From assembly GCA_963795805.1 (NCBI GenBank), contig CAWCIV010000001.1:647896-711895 (forward strand): a DNA stretch of 64,000 nt, written 5' to 3'. Positions 19,584 to 29,123 of the stretch are shown in pieces (position 1 is the first letter of the stretch; the number at the start of each line of letters is the position of its first letter). The translations under genes were made by a program, and so were the position numbers. This stretch comes from an uncultured Chloroflexia bacterium. Its GTDB lineage: Bacteria > Chloroflexota > Dormibacteria > CF-121. The notes beneath the pieces are model-generated. The model was not told where the DNA came from and did no database searches. It saw only the letters and a list, made by a program, of their open reading frames with translations.

Positions 19584-22316
19584 CTACTCCTCGCGCAGGA
19601 GCTCGACGAGGCTTAAGCGCTGGATCGTCGCCCCTGCCGTCAGCACGGCGACGATGGTGATGCCCATGACGGCGCCCGCCAGCACGGCCAGTTGAGCACC
19701 CGGCACGGCGAGCCGGTCCGGTGGAATCGTGAACAGCGGCGTCAAAATCTGGACGAAGAGAACCGCCATCCCGAGGCCGACCAGGCCGCCGAGCACGAGG
19801 CTTGAAACGGAGACCACGCCGGCTTCGCCGAAGAGCAGGCCGCGGACGCTGGCCATCGGCATCCCGAGTGCTCGCATGGTCACGTACTCCTTGCGGCGCT
19901 GCAGCAGCAGGCCAAAGATGAAGATCGCAATCCCAGCGGCGCCCATCAGGATCGCAAAGAGTGACTCGAGACCGCCTAGACCACGGAGGTTGAGCGATGC
20001 GAGCGAGGACTGATCGCGGTTGACCGCGGTCGCGGTCGTGTCCACCCGGAGCGGCACTGTTTGTCCAGGCCCCGCCTGTAACGCCGTCACGACACGGGCG
20101 ACGCTGGCGTCGTCGGGCTGCGCCAGCTTGAGGAGGAAGAATTCGACCGTGGAGCGATGGGTGATCGCCTGAAAGCCTGCGACGTTGGCAACCAGGTCGA
20201 TCCCCTGGGGAAAGCCCGGAAAGTTCTTGAAGCGGCCAACCGCATGGAAGGTCGCTGGCACTGGCTTGCCGGTCAGCGGCTGCACCTGGATGTTGACCGG
20301 ATCGCCGGTCTGCACATTGAAGGTTCTGGCGAGCTCATCCGAGATCAGGATGCCGTTGGGATCCGATGCGAGACCGTTAAGTGCGGAGGCCGCGGGGCTT
20401 CCGATGAAAAACGAATCCGGGAACGAGGCGACCTGCCGGATCGAGGATGGGTCGACGACGGCCATGACCCGTTTGTCGGTGCCGACAATTGCGGTGGCGT
20501 TGGTCACGGGGCTGACCGCCGTGACGCCGGGAAGCTGCAGGCTCGAGCCGAAGGCGGCCGGTTGAGCGTTCAGAACGCTGGGCGTCACCCGGAGATCAGA
20601 GCCGATCGTGAAGCGGGCGTCGGCCAGCTTCTCTACCTGGTAGGTCGACACGAAGAGGGCGAGGCTGACGCCGAAGGCGACGGCCAGGCTGATCGCGATC
20701 ATCCCGGAGGCGAGGGCCTGCGAGCGTCGCCGCAAGCCACGGAGCAAGGTGCCGCGAGTCAGCGGACCAAACCGGCGGTCGCGGCGATCGGGGATCCGGT
20801 TCATGAGGCCGAGGAACAGGCGAACGCCGAGCAAGGTTGCCCCGAGCCAGCCGAGCAATGGGGCGAGGAGAACGTAAAAGGAGAGCGAAACGGATTGCCC
20901 TTCGCTGCTGGTCGGCCGGTATCCGCCGGCTAGATAGGTGATGCCCCCGACGATCGCGGCGGCCGCCAGGAACACGAGATCCAGGCGAAGGCGCAGCCAG
21001 GCTGGAACCTCCTGTTCGGCATCCATTTCCCGACCTTCGCGGACGACCTCGCGCGTGAGGGCGCGGCGTCCCGGCAGGTACAGGGCGAGTGCCGTGGTGA
21101 GCAATCCAGCCGCCAGCGAGAGCCCCACCGAGAAGATGAAGGTACCCGGAGTGGCGCTGGTCAGCGAGGTTCGGCCGAATAACAGGAGAAGTGCCAGGAA
21201 GCCCAGGGCCAGCCCGACGAGTGATCCGAGGATGCCGACGGCGATGGTGTTATAGGTGAGCGCCTGGAGCAGTTGTCCCGAACCCGCGCCACGCGCGCGC
21301 AGCGTGGCACGTTCGCGCCGCTGACCCTGGGCGAGCAAACTCCCGGCGTACCGGGAGAGGTAGGCGGCCAGTAACACGCCGGGAAGACCAAGGAAGATGA
21401 AGAGCACCTTCGCCAGGATCGCGTCTCCCCGGGCGGCATTCAGGGCATCCGTCAGGTTGTCAATCACGATCACCTGGCCGGGCGCGACCCGCTCGATCGA
21501 GCGGCGGATCCCCTGCGTGTGAATCGCCGCCGTCGTCGGGTCGACCGCCAGCTGCGCGCGATCCAGGCTGATGTCGAGCTCGACAACGGGTGGCGCCTTG
21601 AGGCTCGGGGTTGCGGCGGCGGCGTCCGCTCGGAGCGCCGGGAGGATCGTCTGCTCGAAGGCGCTCGTCGGAATGACGACGACATTGGGCACCGCGGCGA
21701 ACTCGCCCTGGGTGTCAGCAGCCCGGCTTGCGAACAGTGCGTCTGCGTGGGAGAAGTCGGCGGTTCCCGAGACGGGAAGGACGAACGGCGCCGTCGCACC
21801 GGGAATCTTGAGCGCGATCGTTCCTCCTAGATCCGTGCCAAGCGCGCGGGCGGCATCGGGGCTGAGCAGGACCGATTGGCCGCCGATGGATCCACTCGTC
21901 AGCTGGACGATCGGGTAGTGCGCGAGAAAGCTGGAATCGAAGGCGAAGATGCGCAGCGGCGCATTCAGGGTCTTCCCCCCGGCGGTGGCGGCACCGGCCG
22001 GCAGGTCGAGAATGCCGAGCTTGTCAACCGAGGCCACGCCCTTGAGCGCCGCGATACCATTCCGGACGGCGTCGAGATTCGCCGGTGGCGGAGCGCCGGC
22101 GACGGTCTGCGCCGTCAGCGGTGTGGCCAGGTCCGCCTGCATATGGATGGCCACGGGGGCGATCGCATGCGACGTCATCGTCGCTGCGGAGCTATCGACG
22201 AAGAACGCGATCCCGGAGAACAGCCCGACGGCAAGGGCCACACCAACGACGGAGGCGAGGGTGCGCCGCGGATTCCGCCAGAGGTCCCGGAGGGTGTATC
22301 TAAGCAACCGGGGCAC
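19584..22316 (-). CDS. ABC transporter permease, fused double FtsX/MacB-type (910 aa)
   Basis: There are two FtsX-like 4-TM modules, each preceded by a large extracytoplasmic domain. The N-terminus [29 protein letters not shown] is typical of MacB/FtsX-type permeases. Confidence 0.85.
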   Translation of the reverse strand: MPRLLRYTLRDLWRNPRRTLASVVGVALAVGLFSGIAFFVDSSAATMTSHAIAPVAIHMQADLATPLTAQTVAGAPPPANLDAVRNGIAALKGVASVDKLGILDLPAGAATAGGKTLNAPLRIFAFDSSFLAHYPIVQLTSGSIGGQSVLLSPDAARALGTDLGGTIALKIPGATAPFVLPVSGTADFSHADALFASRAADTQGEFAAVPNVVVIPTSAFEQTILPALRADAAAATPSLKAPPVVELDISLDRAQLAVDPTTAAIHTQGIRRSIERVAPGQVIVIDNLTDALNAARGDAILAKVLFIFLGLPGVLLAAYLSRYAGSLLAQGQRRERATLRARGAGSGQLLQALTYNTIAVGILGSLVGLALGFLALLLLFGRTSLTSATPGTFIFSVGLSLAAGLLTTALALYLPGRRALTREVVREGREMDAEQEVPAWLRLRLDLVFLAAAAIVGGITYLAGGYRPTSSEGQSVSLSFYVLLAPLLGWLGATLLGVRLFLGLMNRIPDRRDRRFGPLTRGTLLRGLRRRSQALASGMIAISLAVAFGVSLALFVSTYQVEKLADARFTIGSDLRVTPSVLNAQPAAFGSSLQLPGVTAVSPVTNATAIVGTDKRVMAVVDPSSIRQVASFPDSFFIGSPAASALNGLASDPNGILISDELARTFNVQTGDPVNIQVQPLTGKPVPATFHAVGRFKNFPGFPQGIDLVANVAGFQAITHRSTVEFFLLKLAQPDDASVARVVTALQAGPGQTVPLRVDTTATAVNRDQSSLASLNLRGLGGLESLFAILMGAAGIAIFIFGLLLQRRKEYVTMRALGMPMASVRGLLFGEAGVVSVSSLVLGGLVGLGMAVLFVQILTPLFTIPPDRLAVPGAQLAVLAGAVMGITIVAVLTAGATIQRLSLVELLREE

Positions 22317-23013
22317 CGTGCCGGAGATCGGCCGTCGAGTCCGAAACCAGGTGGCCGTCGAGAAGGGTTAGAGTGCGGTCGAGTCGCCCGGCGACCCCGA
22401 GGTCGTGACTCACCACCACCAGCGTGGCTCCCAGCTGTCGCTGCGCCACGGTGAGCAGGTCCATCACCGATCCCGATGTCTCACTATCGAGCTCGCCGGT
22501 GGGCTCATCCGCAAGGATCAACGGCGGGCGGTGGGCCAGAGCCCGGGCGATACCAACCCGCTGCCGCTGCCCGCCCGAGAGCTGATCAGGCAGCTTGTAT
22601 GCGTGCTCGGCCAACCCCAGTGATTCCAGCAACTCGAGGCAGCGTGCGGTTCCATTGAGCTCGCCCTGCAGCGCAAGCTGGAAGGCGACGTTCTCCACGG
22701 CCGTCAAGAAGGGCAACAGATCGTACGACTGAAAGATGAAGCCCACGCAGGTACGGCGGTACTGGGACAGGACCCCATCACTCAGCACCGCAACGTCCCG
22801 GTCGCCAATCCAGACCGCGCCGCCCGTCGGGCGCTCGAGGCCACCGATCAGGCCGAGGAGCGTTGACTTGCCGCAGCCGCTCGGACCGACGATCGCTACG
22901 CTGCTTCCAGCGGTGATTTCCGTCGTGATGCCGTCGACGGCTTTCACCAACCCCGCCGCCGTCCGGTAGTGACGGGTGACATTCATGAGGCGAACGGACC
23001 CAGCGTCGGTCAC
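22300..23013 (-). CDS. ABC transporter ATP-binding protein (MacB/LolD-like)
   Basis: Walker A is GPSGCGKST, the signature is LSGGQRQRV and Walker B is [12 protein letters not shown]. Confidence 0.9.
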   Translation of the reverse strand: MTDAGSVRLMNVTRHYRTAAGLVKAVDGITTEITAGSSVAIVGPSGCGKSTLLGLIGGLERPTGGAVWIGDRDVAVLSDGVLSQYRRTCVGFIFQSYDLLPFLTAVENVAFQLALQGELNGTARCLELLESLGLAEHAYKLPDQLSGGQRQRVGIARALAHRPPLILADEPTGELDSETSGSVMDLLTVAQRQLGATLVVVSHDLGVAGRLDRTLTLLDGHLVSDSTADLRHGAPVA

Positions 23014-23717
23014 GCCTCGACCACCAGCCCGTCGACCAGCTTGACCTGACGCTGGGCGACGGCAGCAAGCTGCGGGTTGTGGGTCACGATCAGCACGGTC
23101 AGTTGCCGCGCCTGCCAGACGTCGGTGATGAGCGTGATGACCTGCTCCGCCGTGGCGGAGTCGAGCTCGCCAGTCAATTCATCACCCATCAGGAGGTCGG
23201 GTTCGCCGGCCAGGGCCATCGCGATGGCGACCCGCTGCGCTTCACCGCCGGATAACTGGCGCGGCAGGTGATGGAGCCGGGCCAGCAGGCCGACCTCGCC
23301 CAGCAGGTCGCGCGCCCGCATGGCGCTGTTCGGTTGTCCCGATAGCTGCAGGGCAAGGCGCGTGTTTTCAATGGCCGACAAAAAGGGGATGAGGTTCCCG
23401 CTCTGAAAGACGAGCCCGATCCGCTTGGCCCGCAGGGCCGCGCGTGCCGCCTCGTCCAGTCGGGTGATGTCACGCTGCTCGAAGAGAATCTGCCCGGCCG
23501 TCGGGAGGGCGAGACCGGCGATCAAGGAGAGCAGCGTCGATTTGCCACTGCCCGACTTGCCGACGAGGCTGATGAACTCGCCGGCCTTGAGGTCAAGATT
23601 CGCGCCGCGCAGCGCGACCGTCTCGGCGGTCGCCTCGCGGTAGACCTTGATCACATCGCGGACCGAAACGAGATCGGTCTGCAACGTTGGCTGCGATGCC
23701 GGCGTTAGGACAACCAT
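23010..23717 (-). CDS. ABC transporter ATP-binding protein (second, distinct ATPase)
   Basis: Walker A is GKSGSGKST, the signature is LSGGEAQRV and Walker B is LLMGDELTGELD. ORF 23010..23879 is trimmed to MVVLTPASQ (ATG comp. 23715-23717). Confidence 0.85.
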   Translation of the reverse strand: MVVLTPASQPTLQTDLVSVRDVIKVYREATAETVALRGANLDLKAGEFISLVGKSGSGKSTLLSLIAGLALPTAGQILFEQRDITRLDEAARAALRAKRIGLVFQSGNLIPFLSAIENTRLALQLSGQPNSAMRARDLLGEVGLLARLHHLPRQLSGGEAQRVAIAMALAGEPDLLMGDELTGELDSATAEQVITLITDVWQARQLTVLIVTHNPQLAAVAQRQVKLVDGLVVEA

Positions 23718-24301
23718 GTGAAACTGATCGCGACGTCGTCGGCGCCCTGGGGGTCGTACTGGCTGGTCGCGATCCCGTAGGTCACGACGGCGAGCCGGGT
23801 CCCGTCTTTTGGAATGTAGTACCGCGCGGTGGTCAGATTGGTTGGCTTGCCGGTGACCGAATTGGTCCCTGCCGTCCACTCATACAGGACCTTGACCGAA
23901 CGCCGACTGTTGATCGATACGTACGCGGGTGCTATGAGGAGGTGGTAGTTAGTGGCGCTCGACTTCAGGGAGGCCGTGTCGGCCTGGGACAGGGCCATCG
24001 GGTCGCCCGCCGGCGAGCCGGTCACGATCGAGATTTCGAGACGCTCTGCGGGCCTGATCGCGCTGGCGCGACCATCGGCCGCCACGGTCATGGCGCCCGG
24101 CGAGTCGATCTTGTAGCGATGTTGCGGATCGGTCCACGAAATCGTCCCCGCCTCACCACCGCCCGCTTCCGCGGCGACGCCCGCAGGAGTCGCCGCCGGT
24201 CCGGAGCCCGTATTGCCAGTGGACGAGCCACAGGCAGTCAGGGCGAGAACGAATAGGATCGAGGAAGCGAACGGGATCGGCAGGCGCCGCGAGATCGTCA
24301 T
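23705..24301 (-). CDS. putative lipoprotein, first gene of the ABC operon
   Basis: It is trimmed to MTISRRLPIPFASSILFVLALTACGSS (lipobox L-T-A-C). No family is recognised for the mature part. Confidence 0.6.
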   Translation of the reverse strand: MTISRRLPIPFASSILFVLALTACGSSTGNTGSGPAATPAGVAAEAGGGEAGTISWTDPQHRYKIDSPGAMTVAADGRASAIRPAERLEISIVTGSPAGDPMALSQADTASLKSSATNYHLLIAPAYVSINSRRSVKVLYEWTAGTNSVTGKPTNLTTARYYIPKDGTRLAVVTYGIATSQYDPQGADDVAISFTWLS

Positions 24302-24366
24302 TTGCGACAGTGTAGAGACGGAAACTAACAACCACCTAAAGCGGTTCGGTTGGTCTGGAGGAATGC

Positions 24367-25173
24367 GTGACAGAGAAGGAGACCGTTGGACGGGCACTGA
24401 TTACCGGCGCGTCGGCAGGGATCGGCGCCGCTCTCGCGAAGGGACTCGCCGCGCGAGGTCACGACCTGGTCCTGGTCGCGCGGCGCCGAGACCGGCTCGA
24501 GGAGCTCCAGAAATCCCTGAGTGGCCAGCACGGGGTTTCCGTCGATATCCTCCGGGCGGACCTGACGAAACCGGATGACCTGGACCGCGTGGTCGCGGCG
24601 ATCGAGTCGGACGGTCGCCTCGGGCTGGTCGTCAACAATGCCGGGTTCGCCGGCTACCGGCCTCTCAAGGATCTCGACCCGGAGATGGCGAACGACCTTA
24701 TCGATCTGCACGTACGCGCGGTCACCCTGCTGTCGCGAGCGGCCCTACCGGGCATGATCGCGCGGGGCTCGGGCGGCATCATCAATGTCGCCTCGCTCCT
24801 GGCGTTCTCAGGGAGTGTCCCCGTTAACCCCTTGCCAGCCAGGGCGACGTACGGCGGCGCGAAGGCCTTCACCGTGGTCTTTACGCAGCTGCTCGCGACC
24901 GAGCTGGCGGCGACTGGCGTGCGCGCCATGGTCGTCTGCCCCGGCATCGTGGCGACCGAATTTCACACTGTCGCGGGCCTGGGTGGTCCGCTCCCGGGAT
25001 CGATGAGCGCGGATGACGTGGTGACGGCGATCTTGCGAGGCTACGAAAGCGGCGAGGTCGTCTGTATTCCCGGCCTCGAGGGACCGGAGCGAATCAAGGC
25101 ATTGGATGAGGCCCAGCGGAACCTCTTGATGAGCGGCAACAAACAAAACTTGGCGACCAGATACAAGGACTGA
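24367..25173 (+). CDS. short-chain dehydrogenase/reductase (SDR)
   Basis: The cofactor motif is TGASAGIG, followed by NNAG. The catalytic Y-x-x-x-K is in TYGGAKAF. Confidence 0.85.
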   Translation: MTEKETVGRALITGASAGIGAALAKGLAARGHDLVLVARRRDRLEELQKSLSGQHGVSVDILRADLTKPDDLDRVVAAIESDGRLGLVVNNAGFAGYRPLKDLDPEMANDLIDLHVRAVTLLSRAALPGMIARGSGGIINVASLLAFSGSVPVNPLPARATYGGAKAFTVVFTQLLATELAATGVRAMVVCPGIVATEFHTVAGLGGPLPGSMSADDVVTAILRGYESGEVVCIPGLEGPERIKALDEAQRNLLMSGNKQNLATRYKD

Positions 25174-25181
25174 TTGAGGTA

Positions 25182-26408
25182 TCAGGCGGCGATGACGCGG
25201 TTTCGACCGGCCGCCTTGGCCTGATAGAGGGCGCGGTCCGCGGCCAGCACGAGGCTGGTGGGGTCCTGGCCATCGATCGGGAAGGTGGCGACGCCGAAGC
25301 TGACTGTCACGGCATGGCTGCCGCCGAGGAAGGGTGCGCCCTCGATGCGAGCGCGCAGGGATTCGGAAAAGGCCAACGCCCCGTCCTTGTCGGTGTCGGT
25401 CATCAAGACCGCGAATTCCTCGCCGCCGGTACGGAACGCTGAGTCGGTGACGCGCTTTGGGGCCATCTGGATCAGGCGGGCTACCTGTTGGAGGGCCAGG
25501 TCGCCTTCGGGGTGACCGTAACGGTCGTTGATCTCTTTGAAGTGGTCGATGTCCGCGACGACCAGGGAGAGCTGCTGCCCCGTCTGATGGACCCGCATCA
25601 GTTCTTGGGCAAGGAGGCGGTCGAACTCCCGGCGGTTGGCCAGTCCTGTCAGCGCATCGATGCGCGAGAGCGTATCGATGAACTGGTACATGGTGGCGTT
25701 TTGGATCGCCATCGCCGCATGGCTGATGACGGTGTTGAGGAAGGCGCGGTCCTCAACCGTGTAGTCGGGACGACGACGCGAGGTCAGGGCCACAATGCCA
25801 ATCCGTTGCCCATGGGCATCGAGCAAGGGGGCGGCGAGGCAGGGCATCTCACGGTCGAGCCACACCGGTCGGATCAGGCCGGCTTCTCCAGCCAGCGCGG
25901 TGGTGACCCAACGATCACTGGGGTTGAGGGAGGTGGGGAATTCCTCGGCGACCTTGACGGCGAGCTCGAATGAGCCCTGCGGGGCCCGAATCCAGATCGC
26001 GACCCCGTCGCCGGCGAAGAAACGGCTGAGGCCGCCGCTCAGCCGGTCCAGAACGGCGGAGAGTTGCATGGTCTGGTTGAACTCGGCCATCAGGTCGATC
26101 AAGGCCCGGGCCTGGCCGAAGCGGCGCTGGAGCTCACCGTTTTGCTCGGCCAGCTGTCGCTGCCGGGCCACGAGTGGCTCGGTCAGGGACCAGAGCCGCA
26201 GAAGGGCCGCGTCGGCAAGCTTGTCCTTGACCAGGGGCGGCTGCTCCTTAAGGCCCTCCGGCGACAGCGCGCTGATCGAGGCCAGGGCAGCCCGCTGGGG
26301 CGCCTGGAAACGGCGGGCAACGCGAAATCCTACCCCGCCGGCGACCACCAGGGCCAGGACGGCAGCGAGGAGCAGGGCATACGGAAGGACGGTCTGGAGC
26401 GCGGCCAC
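25182..26408 (-). CDS. membrane-anchored GAF-GGDEF diguanylate cyclase
   Basis: An N-terminal TM and a GAF-like region are followed by LTGLANRREF, DIDHFKEINDRYGHPEGD, the active site GGEEF and an RxxD I-site (RVTD) five residues upstream of it. Confidence 0.85.
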   Translation of the reverse strand: MAALQTVLPYALLLAAVLALVVAGGVGFRVARRFQAPQRAALASISALSPEGLKEQPPLVKDKLADAALLRLWSLTEPLVARQRQLAEQNGELQRRFGQARALIDLMAEFNQTMQLSAVLDRLSGGLSRFFAGDGVAIWIRAPQGSFELAVKVAEEFPTSLNPSDRWVTTALAGEAGLIRPVWLDREMPCLAAPLLDAHGQRIGIVALTSRRRPDYTVEDRAFLNTVISHAAMAIQNATMYQFIDTLSRIDALTGLANRREFDRLLAQELMRVHQTGQQLSLVVADIDHFKEINDRYGHPEGDLALQQVARLIQMAPKRVTDSAFRTGGEEFAVLMTDTDKDGALAFSESLRARIEGAPFLGGSHAVTVSFGVATFPIDGQDPTSLVLAADRALYQAKAAGRNRVIAA

Positions 26409-26503
26409 CAGTCATGCAACGGGCGACAGGGGCGGAAACGGCAGCGTTGCGATTTGCGTTACGGGAATCCAGTCCCCGGGGGGAGGAGCGAGAGGAGGAA
26501 AGG

Positions 26504-26523
26504 CCTCCCCGTAAGCGGGAGGG
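26504..26523. repeat. weak member of the CCTCCC/GGGAGG hairpin family
   Basis: cctccccgtaagcgggaggg forms a 6-bp stem. It lies downstream of the 26570..26911 gene. Confidence 0.3.
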
Positions 26524-26569
26524 AAGATCCGGGGCTTACAGGGAGGCTGGGGTCGGGTCGGCGGCAGGG

Positions 26570-26911
26570 TTACTCCTGGCCGTTGAACTGGTGGTCGACG
26601 TTGGATTCGGTGGTCGAGCCGGCGACCTCATCGGTGTGGCCGCCCGCCGCATCCGCGGCGGTTTCGGGAGTCGTTGTTTCGGCCGGCTCCGCGGTGGGAT
26701 CAGCCGGCGCCGGCGCCGGCGCCGCCGCCTGGACCGCGGCCGCCGCCCTGGCCGCCACCGGGACAGCCTTGGTGGCTGCGACGAGGGTGGCCCTGGTTGC
26801 CGTGACGCGGGCCGTCGGGGTCGGAGCGGCTGCCGCGGTGATGGCCGGCACTGCCGCGATCGCGATCAGGGACGGGACGCCTACGGCGACGATAATTCTG
26901 CTAATTCGCAT
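26570..26911 (-). CDS. small secreted Ala/Pro/Thr-rich protein with an acidic His-containing tail
   Basis: It is trimmed to MRISRIIVAVGVPSLIAIAAVPAITAAAA (signal peptide), with an AAGGAGGTAACG Shine-Dalgarno before the ATG (comp. 26909-26911). The C-terminus is GGHTDEVAGSTTESNVDHQFNGQE. Confidence 0.5.
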   Translation of the reverse strand: MRISRIIVAVGVPSLIAIAAVPAITAAAAPTPTARVTATRATLVAATKAVPVAARAAAAVQAAAPAPAPADPTAEPAETTTPETAADAAGGHTDEVAGSTTESNVDHQFNGQE

Positions 26912-27045
26912 CGTTACCTCCTTTGCGAGTTTCCGCCCGGCTCTCAGACCGGGCGCCCCCATGGTGCCAGTCGAAGCTGAACCAGACCTGAATCCGGACC
27001 CGAAGCCTTTAGCCTTTCTTTAGCTGGTGAAGGGATAGTTAGCCT

Positions 27046-27720
27046 GTGCGCGTGCTCCTGGTCGAGGATGATCGACGGCTTGCAGCCAGCCTCCAGCGCG
27101 GTCTCGGCGAGTCCGGCATGGCGGTGGACGCCTTTCACGAGCCCGGCGATGGGATCGCCGCGGCCCTGAGCGTGCCCTATGCCGTGATCGTGCTCGATGT
27201 CATGCTCCCCGGCATGGATGGCTTCGAAGTCTGCCGGCAGCTTCGGCGCCAGCGGGTCAGCACCCCAATCCTGATGCTGACCGCCCGCGATGCCGTCGAC
27301 GATCGCGTGTCCGGATTGGAGGCGGGCGCCGACGACTACATGGTCAAACCGTTCGCGCTCCGCGAGCTCATCGCCCGCATCCGCGCCCTCGCCCGCCGTC
27401 ACCTACCGGACCGCGAGGCGGTCCTCCGAGCCGGCAACATCCTCCTGGATACGGCGGCGCACACCCTCTCGGTCAAGGGCCAGCGCGTGGACCTGACCGC
27501 GAAGGAGTTCGCGATCCTGGACTTTTTCCTCCACCACCCTGGCCGGCTCCTGTCGAGGTCCCAGATTATCGAGCACGTCTGGGACTACGACTTCGGCGGC
27601 GGCGACAACCTGGTCGAGGTCTACATGGGCCGGTTGAGACGCAAGCTGATGGCGGCCGGCTCGCCGGATCCCTTCGTCACCGTTCGAGGTGCGGGATACC
27701 GGCTCGAAGCCGGAGCATGA
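27046..27720 (+). CDS. OmpR-family response regulator
   Basis: Receiver motifs are VRVLLVEDD, VIVLDVMLPGMDG and GADDYMVKPF. The winged-helix C-terminus is LTAKEFAILDFFLHHPGRLLSR...VRGAGYRL. The start is GTG. Confidence 0.9.
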   Translation: MRVLLVEDDRRLAASLQRGLGESGMAVDAFHEPGDGIAAALSVPYAVIVLDVMLPGMDGFEVCRQLRRQRVSTPILMLTARDAVDDRVSGLEAGADDYMVKPFALRELIARIRALARRHLPDREAVLRAGNILLDTAAHTLSVKGQRVDLTAKEFAILDFFLHHPGRLLSRSQIIEHVWDYDFGGGDNLVEVYMGRLRRKLMAAGSPDPFVTVRGAGYRLEAGA

Positions 27721-29123
27721 AGCGGCGCCTGAGCGGCACGCGCGCCAAGCTCACCCTGATCCACGCCGCGATTCTCGCTGGGGCCATCCTGCTGGCGGAC
27801 GTCGCCTTGTTCCTCGCACTGGCGACATTTGAGCGGAACAGCGTGGATGAGGTCCTGCGCTCGCAGGCGTCCACGATCGCCGCCGGGATCGAAGACGTCA
27901 ACGGCCAGGTCCGCTTTGGCGGTGGGGACCTGCCAACGGAAACGCAGCAGGGAATCGCGGTTGATGCGGCGATCGTGACTCGAAGCGGATCGATCATCCA
28001 GACTCCTGCCCAGGTTTTTTCCACGGCGACGCTCCAGCGGCTGGCCAGTCCTGCCCTGGGGTCCTCTGCCCCGACGCTGGAGGACGCGACCGACCGGAGT
28101 GGCGTTCCGCGGCGCGTCTTCGTGGAGTCGTTGGGTGGAACCCAGGGTGCTGATGCCGTGCTGATCGTCAGCCGCTCGCTTGCCGAGCTCAACGCCAACC
28201 TGAAGCGGCTGCTCCTTTTCCTCGGAATTTTCTCCGCGCTGATCGTCCTCGGTGGTGCGGTCCTCGCGCACTGGTTGACAGGCCGGGTGCTTATTCCGGT
28301 GCGTCGAATCGCATCGCTGGCTCGCTCCTTTGGGCAGGCCGACCTTCACCGTCGGGTGGAGGTGGCGGTCCCGCCGGACGAGCTGGGGGAACTCGTCGAA
28401 ACGTTCAACGGGATGCTGGCCCGCCTCGAAGCCAGTTTCGAGAGTCTTCGTCGCTTCACCGCCGATGCGTCGCACGAGCTGCGCAGCCCACTGACGATCA
28501 TGCGGAGCGAGCTCGAGGTCACGCGGTCTCGCCCGCGGACGGTCGCGGAGTACGAGCGCGTGCTCGATGAGATGGAGACGGAGGTCGAGCACATGGCTCG
28601 CCTCGTCGACCGCCTCCTGATGCTCGCGCGCGCGGATGCCGGGGCGCTGAAACCAGCGCGGGTTTCCGTTGACGCCACGGACTTCCTGGAAGAGATCGGG
28701 GCCCGCTGGTCGACCGCGGCTCAACAACGCGGGGTGCGGATCCGGGTCGAGGTCCCGGTCGATGGCACCATGTCGCTCGATCCCGACTTGATCCGACGCA
28801 GCCTCGACAACCTGATCGACAACGCCATTCGTCACGCACCGGAGGGATCGGCGGTCACCGTTGCCGCGTCGCGTGACGCGCACGACTGGCGCATCGACGT
28901 CCGCGACGAGGGACCGGGAGTTCCGCCGGCCGACCGCACCCGGATCTTCGAGCGCTTTGCCCGGCTCGACGGGGCCCGCAACAAAGACACCGGCGGGGTA
29001 GGGCTTGGCCTGGCACTCAGCCGGGCGATTGCTGAGGCCCACGGCGGCCATCTCGATCTGATCACGAACAATGGGCGCGGGGCCACCTTCCGCGTGGAGC
29101 TTCCGCAGACGCCCGTCGGCTGA
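27717..29123 (+). CDS. sensor histidine kinase (TM-ectodomain-TM-HAMP-HisKA-HATPase)
   Basis: It overlaps the regulator stop by 4 nt. The H-box is FTADASHELRSPLTIM, the N-box is DNLIDNAIRH and the G-boxes are GGVGLGLALSRAIAEAHGG. Confidence 0.9.
   Translation: MKRRLSGTRAKLTLIHAAILAGAILLADVALFLALATFERNSVDEVLRSQASTIAAGIEDVNGQVRFGGGDLPTETQQGIAVDAAIVTRSGSIIQTPAQVFSTATLQRLASPALGSSAPTLEDATDRSGVPRRVFVESLGGTQGADAVLIVSRSLAELNANLKRLLLFLGIFSALIVLGGAVLAHWLTGRVLIPVRRIASLARSFGQADLHRRVEVAVPPDELGELVETFNGMLARLEASFESLRRFTADASHELRSPLTIMRSELEVTRSRPRTVAEYERVLDEMETEVEHMARLVDRLLMLARADAGALKPARVSVDATDFLEEIGARWSTAAQQRGVRIRVEVPVDGTMSLDPDLIRRSLDNLIDNAIRHAPEGSAVTVAASRDAHDWRIDVRDEGPGVPPADRTRIFERFARLDGARNKDTGGVGLGLALSRAIAEAHGGHLDLITNNGRGATFRVELPQTPVG

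Noticed and set aside
23718-23879. 54-codon N-terminal extension of the first ABC ATPase (and similar long N-terminal extensions on track ORFs 6314..7402, 7631..8413, 15250..15849, 36629..37372, 38136..38639, 44738..45958, 47842..49626)
   Set aside because: The extensions are Arg/Pro-rich and overlap upstream genes or RNA. They precede internal starts that give family-typical N-termini, often with a Shine-Dalgarno or stop/start coupling. All were trimmed to the internal start.
27621-29051. 476-aa minus-strand ORF antisense to the sensor kinase 27717..29123
   Set aside because: It has no motifs and an Arg/Pro/Gly-rich composition. The plus strand has H, N and G boxes.
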